Shown: positions 1 through 9,038 of the stretch, in pieces
How the letters are laid out: every line of letters starts with the position of its first letter
How positions within the stretch are numbered: the stretch's first letter is position 1
NCBI GenBank assembly: GCA_003560095.1
Contig: PWJI01000010.1
Span: 1-50,678, forward strand
DNA length: 50,678 nucleotides
Reading direction: 5' to 3'
Source of the DNA: Candidatus Nealsonbacteria bacterium
Lineage (GTDB): Bacteria; Patescibacteriota; Minisyncoccia; Minisyncoccales; PWPS01
The notes under the pieces: model-generated
Database searches by the model: none
What the model was told of the DNA's origin: nothing
The model's input: the letters and a program-made list of their open reading frames with translations, nothing else
Position numbers and translations under genes: made by a program

Positions 1-418
1 CAAACGGCGACTTAAAAACAACTCTGTCATCTTTTATTTTAACCATTTTTTTATTTTCCTTTTGAGTAAAAAAATTATCTTTCTTTGCTATTTTGCCTGT
101 TTTTTGCTCAAAGCCTTGACCCAAGCTAAAAACCTGAAATCCTCCACTATCGGTCATAATAGGATAATTAATATTTAAAAATTTATGCAATCCTCCCATT
201 TTTTTTACTGTTTTGTGCTCTCCCTTACAATAAAAATGGAAAGTGTTTACCATAAAAATATCAGCACCTATGTCTTTAATATCTTCAAAAGAAGCACCCT
301 TTAGTGCTCCTCCGGTAGCAACGGGGACAAATCCGGGCGTTTTTATTTCTCCGTGTGGAGTTTTTAAAACACCTGTTCTTGCACTGCCAAATCTTTTTTT
401 AATCTCAAAGTCAAACAT
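1..418 (-). CDS. tgt: tRNA-guanine transglycosylase, N-terminal part (runs off the window start)
   Basis: Manual translation from the ATG at 418 gives MFDFEIKKRFGSARTGVLKTPHGEIKTPGFVPVATGGALKG, a typical Tgt N-terminus. Not in the ORF track because it is truncated. Confidence 0.92.
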   Translation of the reverse strand, partial: MFDFEIKKRFGSARTGVLKTPHGEIKTPGFVPVATGGALKGASFEDIKDIGADIFMVNTFHFYCKGEHKTVKKMGGLHKFLNINYPIMTDSGGFQVFSLGQGFEQKTGKIAKKDNFFTQKENKKMVKIKDDRVVFKSPF

Positions 419-449
419 AATTGAATTATGCACTAATTAAAAAACAAAT

Positions 450-480
450 AAAGGGTGCCACTCCTGAGAGCGCACCCTTT
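450..480 (-). terminator. Intrinsic terminator after the 63-aa gene
   Basis: Inverted repeat AAAGGGTGC...GCACCCTTT with a T-rich tail on the minus strand. Confidence 0.7.
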
Positions 481-486
481 ATTGCT

Positions 487-678
487 TTATCCTTTTACCA
501 GGCTTTCATAAACAACAAGAACAGCTAATATAATTACTAATAAAGATATGGCAAAGAAAACAATTTCTGCCACTTGTGGGTCTTGAGCCATTTCTTTAAG
601 CCAAATCCACACATTAAATGGTACTGCCAATCCTAGTACAAATCCTCCAATTAAAGCCTTTATTCTCCCTGTCTTCAT
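487..678 (-). CDS. Small two-TM membrane protein
   Basis: 63 aa with two hydrophobic segments, an AGGAGG SD, and its own promoter and terminator. Confidence 0.7.
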   Translation of the reverse strand: MKTGRIKALIGGFVLGLAVPFNVWIWLKEMAQDPQVAEIVFFAISLLVIILAVLVVYESLVKG

Positions 679-721
679 TATCTATTTTCCTCCTTTTTTT
701 GTAGAATAAAGCAATATTTCT

Positions 722-750
722 ATTATAAAATAAAATATTGCTATTGTCAA
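722..750 (-). promoter_or_regulatory. Sigma70 promoter
   Basis: Minus strand TTGACA (750-745), 17 bp spacer, TATAAT (727-722): perfect consensus. Confidence 0.8.
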
Positions 751-767
751 TAATTTTGCTTTCTTTT

Positions 768-2630
768 TTAATCAAGAAAAACAAAATCGAGTTGCCTTAG
801 CTCAATACTCCCCCCTACAAGCTTAACCTTGACTTTATTTCCAAGTGCATAACGCTTTCTTTTTCTTGTTCCGATAAGCGCATAATTCTCTTCATCTAAT
901 ATATAATAATCATCATCCATATCTCTTACCGAAACCAATCCTTCTGCTTTTGTTTCTATTTCTTGAATAAAAACCCCTGCATTGTTAACTCCCGAAACAA
1001 TAGCATCAAAAACATCTCCCACTCTTTCAAGCATATACTCTACCTGCTTATAAGAAATAGAAGCTCTTTCGGCATCAAGGACATCAAGCTCTGTTAAAGA
1101 TATTTCTTGGGCAATTTTTTCGTAACCACTGGTATTTATTTTTTCTCCCTTAATCTTTTTTTTAACTATTCTGTGCATTGAAAGATCTGCATATCTTCTT
1201 ATCGGTGAAGTAAAGTGCATATAATTTTTTAGAGCCAGTCCAAAGTGTTTTTTATTTTTTGTAGAATAAGCAGCTTTGGCCATCGATTTTAAAACTGTCT
1301 TCTTTACCAAATACTCCTCATCTCTTCCTTTTATTCTTCTCATTAATTCATTTAGTTCGCTGGAAGATATCTCTTTTTCTTTCATATTGATATTAAGTCC
1401 AAAATTAGAAAGAAAAGAAAGTAAATCATCTATAATTTTTTTATCAGGATTTTCATGAATACGGTAAAGAGTGTTAAATTTTTCCGAAACTTTTTCATTT
1501 GCCAAAACCATAAACTCTTCAATCAAATTATGAGTAAAGAGATGTTCTTTTCTATAAACAGAAACAGGTCTTCCGTCGTGATCGAGCTTAAAGTAAAGCT
1601 CATCATCTTCAATCAAAAGAGCTCCTTTTTCTGTTCTTTTCTTTTTCCTTTTCTTTGCCATCTCTTCAAGCACCAAAAGTTCTTCGATAAACTCCCCTTT
1701 CTTACTATCAAGAACAAGCTGTGCTTCTTTGTAGTTAAATCTTTTTTGTGAACGAATAACCGTTTCCCCAAACCAACTATTTAAAACCTCACCATTTTTT
1801 TTCATCCTAAATACAGCAGAAAAAGCAGCCCTGTCTTCTTTGGGCTTTAAGCTGCAAATATCGTTGGAAAGTACTTCGGGAAGCATAGGAATGGTTCTGT
1901 CAACTAAATAAATAGAAAATGCTCTTTTTCTGGCTTCTTTGTCAAGAATGGACCCTTCGGAAATATAATACGAAACATCAGCAATATGAACCCCAACCTC
2001 ATAAATGTCTTTATCTATTTTTTTAAGAGAAAGAGCATCGTCAAAATCTTTTGCGTCTTCAGGATCTATGGTAAAAGTTGGTATTCCTCTAAAATCTTTT
2101 CTTTTTTGATAATTAACAATTTTTTTCTTTGCTTTTTTGGCATCCTCCTCTACTTTTCGAGGAAAATCAACCGACAAACCTTTTTCTAAAACTATAGAAT
2201 GAAGTTCTGTATCGTTATCGCCCTTTTCCCCAATAATATCAATGATTTTACCCTCCGGATTTTTTTTATTATCTTCCCATTTAGTTATTTCAACAAGAGC
2301 TTTAACCCCTCCCTTTGCATCACTTTTGGGAATGAAAATATCAACATACATCTTAGGGTCATCAGGAACAAGAAAAGCAAAGCTTTTTCCTTTTTTTCTT
2401 TCAATGGTCCCTACAAATCTTTTTTTTGCTCTTTTTATTATATTAACAACCTCTCCCTGTCTTCTCTCTTTCTTTTTTTGAGGAAGCAAAATAATCTCTA
2501 CTTTGTCATTGTGAAGAGCTGTATTTAAAAGAGAAGATTCTATTTTAACATCTTCCTCCAATTCATCTACACTCACATATCCCGATCCAAGAGAATTGAT
2601 ACTTATAATTCCTTTAATTTTTTTTGACAT
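768..2630 (-). CDS. rnr: Ribonuclease R (RNB family)
   Basis: TIDPEDAKDFDDA catalytic motif, HFTSPIRRYADL, N-terminal cold-shock domains and C-terminal S1 domain. Start placed at the ATG at 2630. Confidence 0.95.
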   Translation of the reverse strand: MSKKIKGIISINSLGSGYVSVDELEEDVKIESSLLNTALHNDKVEIILLPQKKKERRQGEVVNIIKRAKKRFVGTIERKKGKSFAFLVPDDPKMYVDIFIPKSDAKGGVKALVEITKWEDNKKNPEGKIIDIIGEKGDNDTELHSIVLEKGLSVDFPRKVEEDAKKAKKKIVNYQKRKDFRGIPTFTIDPEDAKDFDDALSLKKIDKDIYEVGVHIADVSYYISEGSILDKEARKRAFSIYLVDRTIPMLPEVLSNDICSLKPKEDRAAFSAVFRMKKNGEVLNSWFGETVIRSQKRFNYKEAQLVLDSKKGEFIEELLVLEEMAKKRKKKRTEKGALLIEDDELYFKLDHDGRPVSVYRKEHLFTHNLIEEFMVLANEKVSEKFNTLYRIHENPDKKIIDDLLSFLSNFGLNINMKEKEISSSELNELMRRIKGRDEEYLVKKTVLKSMAKAAYSTKNKKHFGLALKNYMHFTSPIRRYADLSMHRIVKKKIKGEKINTSGYEKIAQEISLTELDVLDAERASISYKQVEYMLERVGDVFDAIVSGVNNAGVFIQEIETKAEGLVSVRDMDDDYYILDEENYALIGTRKRKRYALGNKVKVKLVGGSIELRQLDFVFLD

Positions 2631-2740
2631 AAATTTATAATTTCTCAATATTTTTTAAGTATAAACAATCTTTTTTTCTCAAGCAAACAAAAAAAGGGAT
2701 AATTCCCTTTTTTACAAGTTAACCCTAAAACAGAAACCCC

Positions 2741-2769
2741 CCTAAAAAAGAGGGGGCCTCTTTTTTAGG
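2741..2769 (-). terminator. Hairpin at the 3' end of the csp gene
   Basis: Perfect inverted repeat CCTAAAAAAGAGG / CCTCTTTTTTAGG overlapping the stop codon. A second hairpin lies at about 2691-2712. Confidence 0.65.
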
Positions 2770-2959
2770 CGCGAGAAACGTTTGCTGCTTTTGGTCCTTT
2801 GTTAGAAGAAGCAACTTCGAAACTCACTTTATCTCCTACCTTAAGATCATCGAATCTTACATCGACAAGGTCATTAGAGTGAAAAAAGAGATCATCTTCT
2901 CCTTCTCTCTCAATAAAACCAAAACCTCTTTCGGTAAGTGTTTTAATTGTACCTTCCAT
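2765..2959 (-). CDS. Cold-shock protein (CspA family)
   Basis: RGFGFI (RNP1), LFFH (RNP2), KGPKAANV. Confidence 0.95.
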   Translation of the reverse strand: MEGTIKTLTERGFGFIEREGEDDLFFHSNDLVDVRFDDLKVGDKVSFEVASSNKGPKAANVSRA

Positions 2960-3045
2960 TTAAAGTAAATTTTGCTTATTTAATAATTCCCATAAAAGGG
3001 AAAAGTGACAGAAACCCGACCCCATTTCTCCACGTTACGCCCTTA

Positions 3046-3074
3046 AGAGTACATTATTTTAATTACTTTGTCAA
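3046..3074 (-). promoter_or_regulatory. Sigma70 promoter of csp, giving a 5' UTR of about 80 nt
   Basis: TTGACA (3074-3069), 17 bp spacer, TACTCT (3051-3046). Confidence 0.7.
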
Positions 3075-3079
3075 TTTAT

Positions 3080-3727
3080 CTATAATCCTGCAAGCAAAGA
3101 AGAGGCTATTCCTGTTAAAAAAATTGCATCAAGTAACCCTGCCCCTCCAATAGAAACAACTCCACTGCCTTTTCTCATTGCCCAAGGAAGATAAAGAAGG
3201 TCTGCCCCAATCAAAACCCCAAAAACACCCGCTGAAAAAGCTACTTGAGGCGCACTTTCAGGAGAAAGCAAAACAGCAAAAAACGCAGAAAATAAAATAG
3301 GTAAAGTCATAGACACAAATACTCCTTTTGTCTTAACAAACTGAGCTCCCAAAAAAGAAAAAAAAGAAACAATAACAGTTGTGGCAAGTAGAGCCTCAAA
3401 AGGAGCATTATAAGCAAAATATCCGGCAATTAATATTGGAATAACAGCTCCTCCGATATTTACAGAAACTCCCTGAAACCTCCAAGCATTTCTTTTAAAT
3501 ATTCCAAAAAAATAAGCCTCTCTTACTTTTACAAGGCTACGCTTCCCTAAGGGTATATTAATAAAGGATCCTATAATAATTAAAAAAAGAAGAGGAAGTA
3601 TTTCTTTAAGAGAAAGTTCTAAAAAACTAAGCCCCGCCCCTGTCAAGTAAAAAAACAAACCTCCCACAATAAAAGGAGAGATTAATACTAAAATTATTAT
3701 AAAAATTATAAGATAAAAAACTGCCAT
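3080..3727 (-). CDS. DUF1614-family membrane protein
   Basis: GSFINIP, VNIGGAVIP, GVLIGADL and SIGGAGxxDAIFLTG motifs. Confidence 0.85.
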   Translation of the reverse strand: MAVFYLIIFIIILVLISPFIVGGLFFYLTGAGLSFLELSLKEILPLLFLIIIGSFINIPLGKRSLVKVREAYFFGIFKRNAWRFQGVSVNIGGAVIPILIAGYFAYNAPFEALLATTVIVSFFSFLGAQFVKTKGVFVSMTLPILFSAFFAVLLSPESAPQVAFSAGVFGVLIGADLLYLPWAMRKGSGVVSIGGAGLLDAIFLTGIASSLLAGL

Positions 3728-3728
3728 T

Positions 3729-4328
3729 TTATTCCCAAGTCACAACAAACCGATGAACTTCACTATCATCTTTTAATGCACAACTTTCTTCACGACATCT
3801 TCCCTTTTTTCCCGTTACAAAGAAAATTAATTGCTCAAAAAAACCTTCCAAATGCAAGCAATAATCGGGATGACCTTTAAAATTATGTATTTCAGTTACT
3901 ATTTTTTTGTTTTCTTCATCTATTTGCGCAACCTTAAAGCTTCCCGCGTTTTTATGATATCTTTCCCAAGCCTCTTGAGAATTATTGCAAATAGTTTTTA
4001 TAGAAATAAGAAACCTGCTCGCAAATTTTATAATAAAGGAGGCTTTAGCCGAATCTCTGCCCATTTCTCTCATTTCCTCATCGCTTAAATTAAAAAATTT
4101 TCTCGATAGAACAAGAAAAGTTAAATAAGAAGAGATAGGAACTTCCTTTGTTTTTTTATAGTCAAAAACATTTATATTGTTTCTTTCCAGTTCTTTTTTT
4201 AGTTCTTCTAATTTTTCTTTTCCAAATTTTCTCTCAATAAATTCCATATCATCAAAAAAACCACGCACAGAATATTTCCCGGTTTCTTTGTTTATACTGT
4301 CTTTATCTTTTTCCGTTAAACTTAACAT
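3729..4328 (-). CDS. V4R/HNOB-like (DUF2378-like) ligand-binding protein
   Basis: VRG...FIERKFG N-terminus; C-terminal C..LEGFF...CREESC...HRFVVTW pattern typical of V4R-like folds. Confidence 0.55.
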   Translation of the reverse strand: MLSLTEKDKDSINKETGKYSVRGFFDDMEFIERKFGKEKLEELKKELERNNINVFDYKKTKEVPISSYLTFLVLSRKFFNLSDEEMREMGRDSAKASFIIKFASRFLISIKTICNNSQEAWERYHKNAGSFKVAQIDEENKKIVTEIHNFKGHPDYCLHLEGFFEQLIFFVTGKKGRCREESCALKDDSEVHRFVVTWE

Positions 4329-4426
4329 AAATAATTCTTTAATGTTGTAGCAATGTCTATATTGTAGCAATAAATAAGAAAAAGAAAAGTTTTTATTATT
4401 TTTTTAAGCTATGCTACAATTGAAAA

Positions 4427-5716
4427 ATGGAAATTGCAACAGCTATTATTTCCGTAGGTATTCTTGTTTTTCTTGCACACTTCTTTGCATGGCTTTTTGG
4501 TTTCGTAAGAATACCCGATGTTTTAATGCTCATGTGTGTGGGTATCTTTATTGGCCCAGTAACTGGAATTGTTGCTCCCGACTTTTTAGGTGATGCAGGA
4601 GATATAATTATCATGCTTATATTGGTAATGATTCTTTTTGAGGGATCTGTAAGATTAAAAATTGAATCTCTTCAAAACTCCATACTTAGAACATTCGGAC
4701 TGGCATTTACTAGTTTTTTTCTTTCAATGATTGCGATAGGTTTTGTATTGTGGCAACTTGCAAACCTTCCTGCAATTCCCTCTTTTTTGATAGGTGCTAT
4801 TGTAGGAAGCAACTCAACCGCTATTGTTATTCCACTTATACAAAAAATGAAAATCAAAGAGGATTCAAGAGCAACCCTGGTGCTAGAGTCCGGGCTAAGC
4901 GATGTACTAAGCATAATTTTCACCCTTGCACTTATCTCCTCTCTCGAGATAGGCTCTTTTCACTTAAATTCCGTAGCCGAAGATATTTTTATGATCTTTT
5001 TAATATCGGCGATTATTGGAGGAATTTTTGCTCTTTTGTGGTCGCTTTTTTTAAACAAAATACACAACATTAAAGACTCTGCATTTACAACTCCTGCTTT
5101 TGTTTTTATTGTTTTTGGAGTAACCGATCTTCTTGGGTATGGAGGTTTTATCGCTGTTATTGTTTTTGGGATTGTTTTAGGCAACATCCCTATGCTTATT
5201 TCATCCCTTAAAGAAAAGCATAAATATCTTTACACCTTTCTTCATCCTCAGCCATTATCTACCAGAGAGCTCTCTTTTTTTCGGGAAATAGTTTTTTTGG
5301 TAAAAATATTTTTCTTTATTTTTATAGGAATATCTTTAAACTTTCAAGACACATCTGTTATGTTTCTTGGATTATCTCTCGCAATGCTTCTTTTCTTAAT
5401 TAGAATTCCTGCAATACTATCAACCATCTCAAACACTACGCCAAAATTTGACGCTTCCATTATGGCAGTAACCGCTCCAAGAGGATTAGCACCTGCAGTA
5501 TTGGCTCTTATTCCAATACAAAGAGGACTTGAAGGAGGACAATTAATACAAGACATTACTTATTCAGTAATTTTCTTCTCTATTCTTTTCGCTTCACTTC
5601 TCATATTCCTCCTCTATAATACAAAAATAAGAAACATTTACGAGTTTCTTTTGCCAAAATTCGCATCTAACCCAAAAGAAGGAAGTCGCGAATATCCCAA
5701 AAAAGAGGAAAAATAA
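4427..5716 (+). CDS. Cation:proton antiporter (CPA1/NhaP-like)
   Basis: About 12 TMs; IPDVL, ILFEG, LESGLSD and PRGLA motifs. Confidence 0.88.
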   Translation: MEIATAIISVGILVFLAHFFAWLFGFVRIPDVLMLMCVGIFIGPVTGIVAPDFLGDAGDIIIMLILVMILFEGSVRLKIESLQNSILRTFGLAFTSFFLSMIAIGFVLWQLANLPAIPSFLIGAIVGSNSTAIVIPLIQKMKIKEDSRATLVLESGLSDVLSIIFTLALISSLEIGSFHLNSVAEDIFMIFLISAIIGGIFALLWSLFLNKIHNIKDSAFTTPAFVFIVFGVTDLLGYGGFIAVIVFGIVLGNIPMLISSLKEKHKYLYTFLHPQPLSTRELSFFREIVFLVKIFFFIFIGISLNFQDTSVMFLGLSLAMLLFLIRIPAILSTISNTTPKFDASIMAVTAPRGLAPAVLALIPIQRGLEGGQLIQDITYSVIFFSILFASLLIFLLYNTKIRNIYEFLLPKFASNPKEGSREYPKKEEK

Positions 5717-6214
5717 TTATATCTCACAACCAACCTCTCTTGCCAAAATATTAATGTCTCTGCTTCCTTCGTAGAGACTACCGTCTATTTGAATTTCGGG
5801 AACAAACCCGGTAACTTTTTCTTCATTGCACCGATCAACATCCTCCATGCACTCAACATAAAGATCGCCCATTTTTTCATACCCTCCAAAGCTAGCTGCA
5901 AGACTTGCGCAGGCAGGGCAAGTTTCCGAACCATAAACAACAACATCATTTTTTTCCAAGCAATCAATAATCTCTGACAAATCTTCGTCATCTTCTATTG
6001 GTTTCTTGTCTAATTCTGTCTCCTCCATAGATTCCTTTCTTTCTTGACTAGACTCCTCTTGTCTTTCTGTCCCTATAACATCATTGCTTTCTTCTTGATG
6101 ATTGTAGTCACCCGAAAAAATAACAAGATAAAGAGAACCTGTAATTAAAAACGCTCCAATTAAAATTGATAGTACTGTTTTATTTCCTTTGTTTGAATAA
6201 TCTATTTTTTTCAT
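5717..6214 (-). CDS. Membrane-anchored thioredoxin-fold protein (CPAC)
   Basis: N-terminal TM, acidic linker, CL..NDVVVYGSETCPAC...YVEC...C...GFVP. Confidence 0.7.
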   Translation of the reverse strand: MKKIDYSNKGNKTVLSILIGAFLITGSLYLVIFSGDYNHQEESNDVIGTERQEESSQERKESMEETELDKKPIEDDEDLSEIIDCLEKNDVVVYGSETCPACASLAASFGGYEKMGDLYVECMEDVDRCNEEKVTGFVPEIQIDGSLYEGSRDINILAREVGCEI

Positions 6215-6365
6215 ATAATCTTTTTTAATAAATTTATCAATTAATAAAAACAAAAAACTTACCGGGTTGACCAAAACATGTCACCCTATGTCTTGATTAT
6301 TTCCAATAACTACCTTCAAATGCTTTACAGATTTGCCTAAGTAAAGCAAATGAAAATAAAAAATC

Positions 6366-7139
6366 TTACGCGCCAAAGTCCCTTTTTTCTATCCTACCAT
6401 CGCCCGGAAAAACAATCCATCTACTTGGAGCTCCCTCTTCTAAAGTTTCTGTTATAAAGAAAAATCCTTCTTCTTCTTCACTCCACCCAATCCCCCTAAA
6501 TCCCGGATTAAATTCTTTTTCAGAACTTACTTCTAGCTTTTCTAAAATATCATCTCCGGAAATAGTTACTTCTTTTTCAAAGCTTCTTGCATTATCTATG
6601 CTAAAATACTCTCCTTTTCCACTTCTCGTATTAATTGTATAGGCAAAATAGGATACATCTGATGACCAAACAACATTTCCAATAATTCCTTTATTCTCTT
6701 CTCCGAAAAAAGTAATATCTCTAGTCCCTATATCCAAAACCCAAAAAAGAGAGATATTTTTATCTTCTCTGCTTGTGGAAACTGGGAAAATAATACTCCT
6801 TTGTCCTTTTGGAAACTTGGATACGGTAAGAAAAACACTAAAATCTTCTAAAGAAAGTTCATCTTCTTTTATGACAAAAGGATTTTCTTTTGTTAATCTA
6901 TTCCACTCTTTCAAGGAATCATTTCTAAAATCTTCTATAGAATAAGAAAATAAAACTTCGTCGTTTTCTCTTACAAAAATAGTGTCTTTCTCTTCAGATA
7001 CATTTACTGTTACTTCTTTTCTAGCTAAGTTTACATAATCAATTTGAGAATAAAAAAAATAAGCCACCGCCACCACAATTAAGGAAACAGCGACAATTAG
7101 TCCTGTTACAAAAATTACATTTTTAAGACTTTGTTTCAT
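6366..7139 (-). CDS. Hypothetical membrane-anchored protein, possibly partial beta-propeller
   Basis: N-terminal TM; VWSSDVSYFAY resembles a TolB/PD40-like blade. Confidence 0.55.
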   Translation of the reverse strand: MKQSLKNVIFVTGLIVAVSLIVVAVAYFFYSQIDYVNLARKEVTVNVSEEKDTIFVRENDEVLFSYSIEDFRNDSLKEWNRLTKENPFVIKEDELSLEDFSVFLTVSKFPKGQRSIIFPVSTSREDKNISLFWVLDIGTRDITFFGEENKGIIGNVVWSSDVSYFAYTINTRSGKGEYFSIDNARSFEKEVTISGDDILEKLEVSSEKEFNPGFRGIGWSEEEEGFFFITETLEEGAPSRWIVFPGDGRIEKRDFGA

Positions 7140-7257
7140 ATGTTTTTCTCATTTTAAATTGTTAAGATCAGCTTATAGTATAGTAACAAAAAAAAGATAA
7201 TATAACAAGCAAATACTTTTAAAATAATCTTTATGTATTATAATATGCAAAAAGGAG

Positions 7258-7689
7258 GTGATTAAGGTGGTTATTTGCTTTGATTGCGATGGTACTATCA
7301 CAAAAAACGGAGGATGGGGTCTTTCTGAAGTTAATGTTCCTTGGTGGATTTTAAAAATAGTTTTCTCAATTTATAATCCAAAAATAAATGAAGAAGTGCT
7401 TGAATTAATGGCTTACTACAAAAAAAGAAAGAAAAAGGTTCTCGTGATTACCTGTAGGCCAAAAGAGCTAAGTTTACTAACATGGAAATACCTAGAAAAA
7501 GAAACAAAAAAAAATCTTGAAATAAAAGAAGTTCCGGTTGATAAAATTATTTTTTTAGGCCCCGGCCCAAATTCTTCCCAAAAAAAAATCGCAACAGCTC
7601 TTAAAGAAAACGTAGAAATATTTTACGACAACAGTGAAAAAACAATAGAAAGAGCTAAAAAAAGCGGAATAACATCTTTTTTGGTTTAA
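7258..7689 (+). CDS. HAD-superfamily protein (capless type)
   Basis: FDCDGT motif I, ITCR motif II, K and YDN motifs; AAGGAG SD before the GTG start. Confidence 0.75.
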   Translation: MIKVVICFDCDGTITKNGGWGLSEVNVPWWILKIVFSIYNPKINEEVLELMAYYKKRKKKVLVITCRPKELSLLTWKYLEKETKKNLEIKEVPVDKIIFLGPGPNSSQKKIATALKENVEIFYDNSEKTIERAKKSGITSFLV

Positions 7690-7717
7690 GGCAGAGAGTT
7701 AATCTTCTCTGCTTTTT

Positions 7718-9025
7718 TTAATAATCTCTCACACATCTCACAGAAGCTGTTCCTCTTGCATCTCTACAATTGCGCCTAATCCCCGTTTCATTATAATTAA
7801 TTTCTCTTGTTGCATAAGCCGCTCTGGCAATACCACACTGAGCATCTCCATGTGCCGAAGTTGATGACCAAAAAAAACCATCCTCCCCCATTCCGCGAAA
7901 TGTACCCAAACTATGACCCAGCTGATAGCCCGAAGGAAGAGCATCAAACCCTAAATCACCAAATAAATTATTTTCTTTTAAATCTCCTTCTTTCCAAAAA
8001 TCATAATTTCCAGAAAGCTTACTTCCCTCGTCGCTTCCTCGAAAACCATAATCTTTAGCATATCTTTCATTTAATCCTATTTCAGTTTCTAAAACTACCC
8101 AATCTTCATCGGTAGGAATTCTCCACCCTAAAGGGCATATTCCTTGCACTCCTTCTCCTTCTTGACCACAAAAAGCACTTCTAATGTCATAAAGTCCACC
8201 GTAACGATTACAATTACCTATGCTATCTTGATAACAATAACGTTTAACTTGGCAATCAATGTCGGTTTCTCCTTCCTCGATATTCAAATTTTCCTGTATC
8301 CAGCATTGATCAGCAATTCTTAAAGTATTATATTCTTCTTTTCCATATTTAATTAGGTCTCCACACTCCCACGCACTGTCTGTTATTACGCTAACCTCTT
8401 TGCTGTAATCACTTTCCTCATCATTTGCAATTTGAGTAATTGCATAAAAATATCTTTTTCCGGGAACAACATCCCTATCAGAATAATTTTCATTAACAGA
8501 TCTGCCTATTTCTTCATATATTCCTCCTTCGTAATCAGTTCTATAAATAACGTACTTCTCTTTCCCGACAGAATAATCCCAAAACAAATCTACTCTAGGC
8601 TCAAGGTTCTTATGAAAGCTTACTCTTTCCCCTCTAAGCCCCTCTGGTGGCTTTGGGGCAGTAATAGCACTTGCAACCGAACTAAAAGAACTTTCTGTAA
8701 TATTAATTGTTTGAGTAACTCTATAATAATACTCAGTAGAAGGATCAAGCCCTTTATCCAAGTATTCCTCTTTGGTAGAAAACCCTACACTTCTCCCGAA
8801 AGGTCCGTCAGGATTTTCAGATCGATAAATATTAAATTGCACCGCCCTTTCATCACCATCCCAAGTAAGCTTTATCTCACTGTCAGACCTTGTCTCCGCA
8901 GAAAGATGGGTCGGAACATTTTCTTCTCTAACCGATAAAATAACAATGAGTAAGATAATAAAAATTATAGGTAAAGACCAAAAAAAAGCTTTCTTTTTAT
9001 TAATTTTAGATAATTTTTCTTGCAT
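7718..9025 (-). CDS. Membrane-anchored 2xFN3 + FISUMP (CLec-fold) surface protein
   Basis: LTW...FNIYRS...YYYRV FN3 repeats; QCWIQENL, YGGLY, QGICPLGWRIPTDEDW, FWSST, SVRC. Confidence 0.85.
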   Translation of the reverse strand: MQEKLSKINKKKAFFWSLPIIFIILLIVILSVREENVPTHLSAETRSDSEIKLTWDGDERAVQFNIYRSENPDGPFGRSVGFSTKEEYLDKGLDPSTEYYYRVTQTINITESSFSSVASAITAPKPPEGLRGERVSFHKNLEPRVDLFWDYSVGKEKYVIYRTDYEGGIYEEIGRSVNENYSDRDVVPGKRYFYAITQIANDEESDYSKEVSVITDSAWECGDLIKYGKEEYNTLRIADQCWIQENLNIEEGETDIDCQVKRYCYQDSIGNCNRYGGLYDIRSAFCGQEGEGVQGICPLGWRIPTDEDWVVLETEIGLNERYAKDYGFRGSDEGSKLSGNYDFWKEGDLKENNLFGDLGFDALPSGYQLGHSLGTFRGMGEDGFFWSSTSAHGDAQCGIARAAYATREINYNETGIRRNCRDARGTASVRCVRDY

Positions 9026-9038
9026 TTTCTTAAAAATA

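Noticed and set aside
6262..6352. c-di-GMP-I or nhaA-type riboswitch
   Set aside because: Only fragments (GGCAAA, GGGTG) resemble the consensus and the core elements are missing. Kept only as an unassigned structure.
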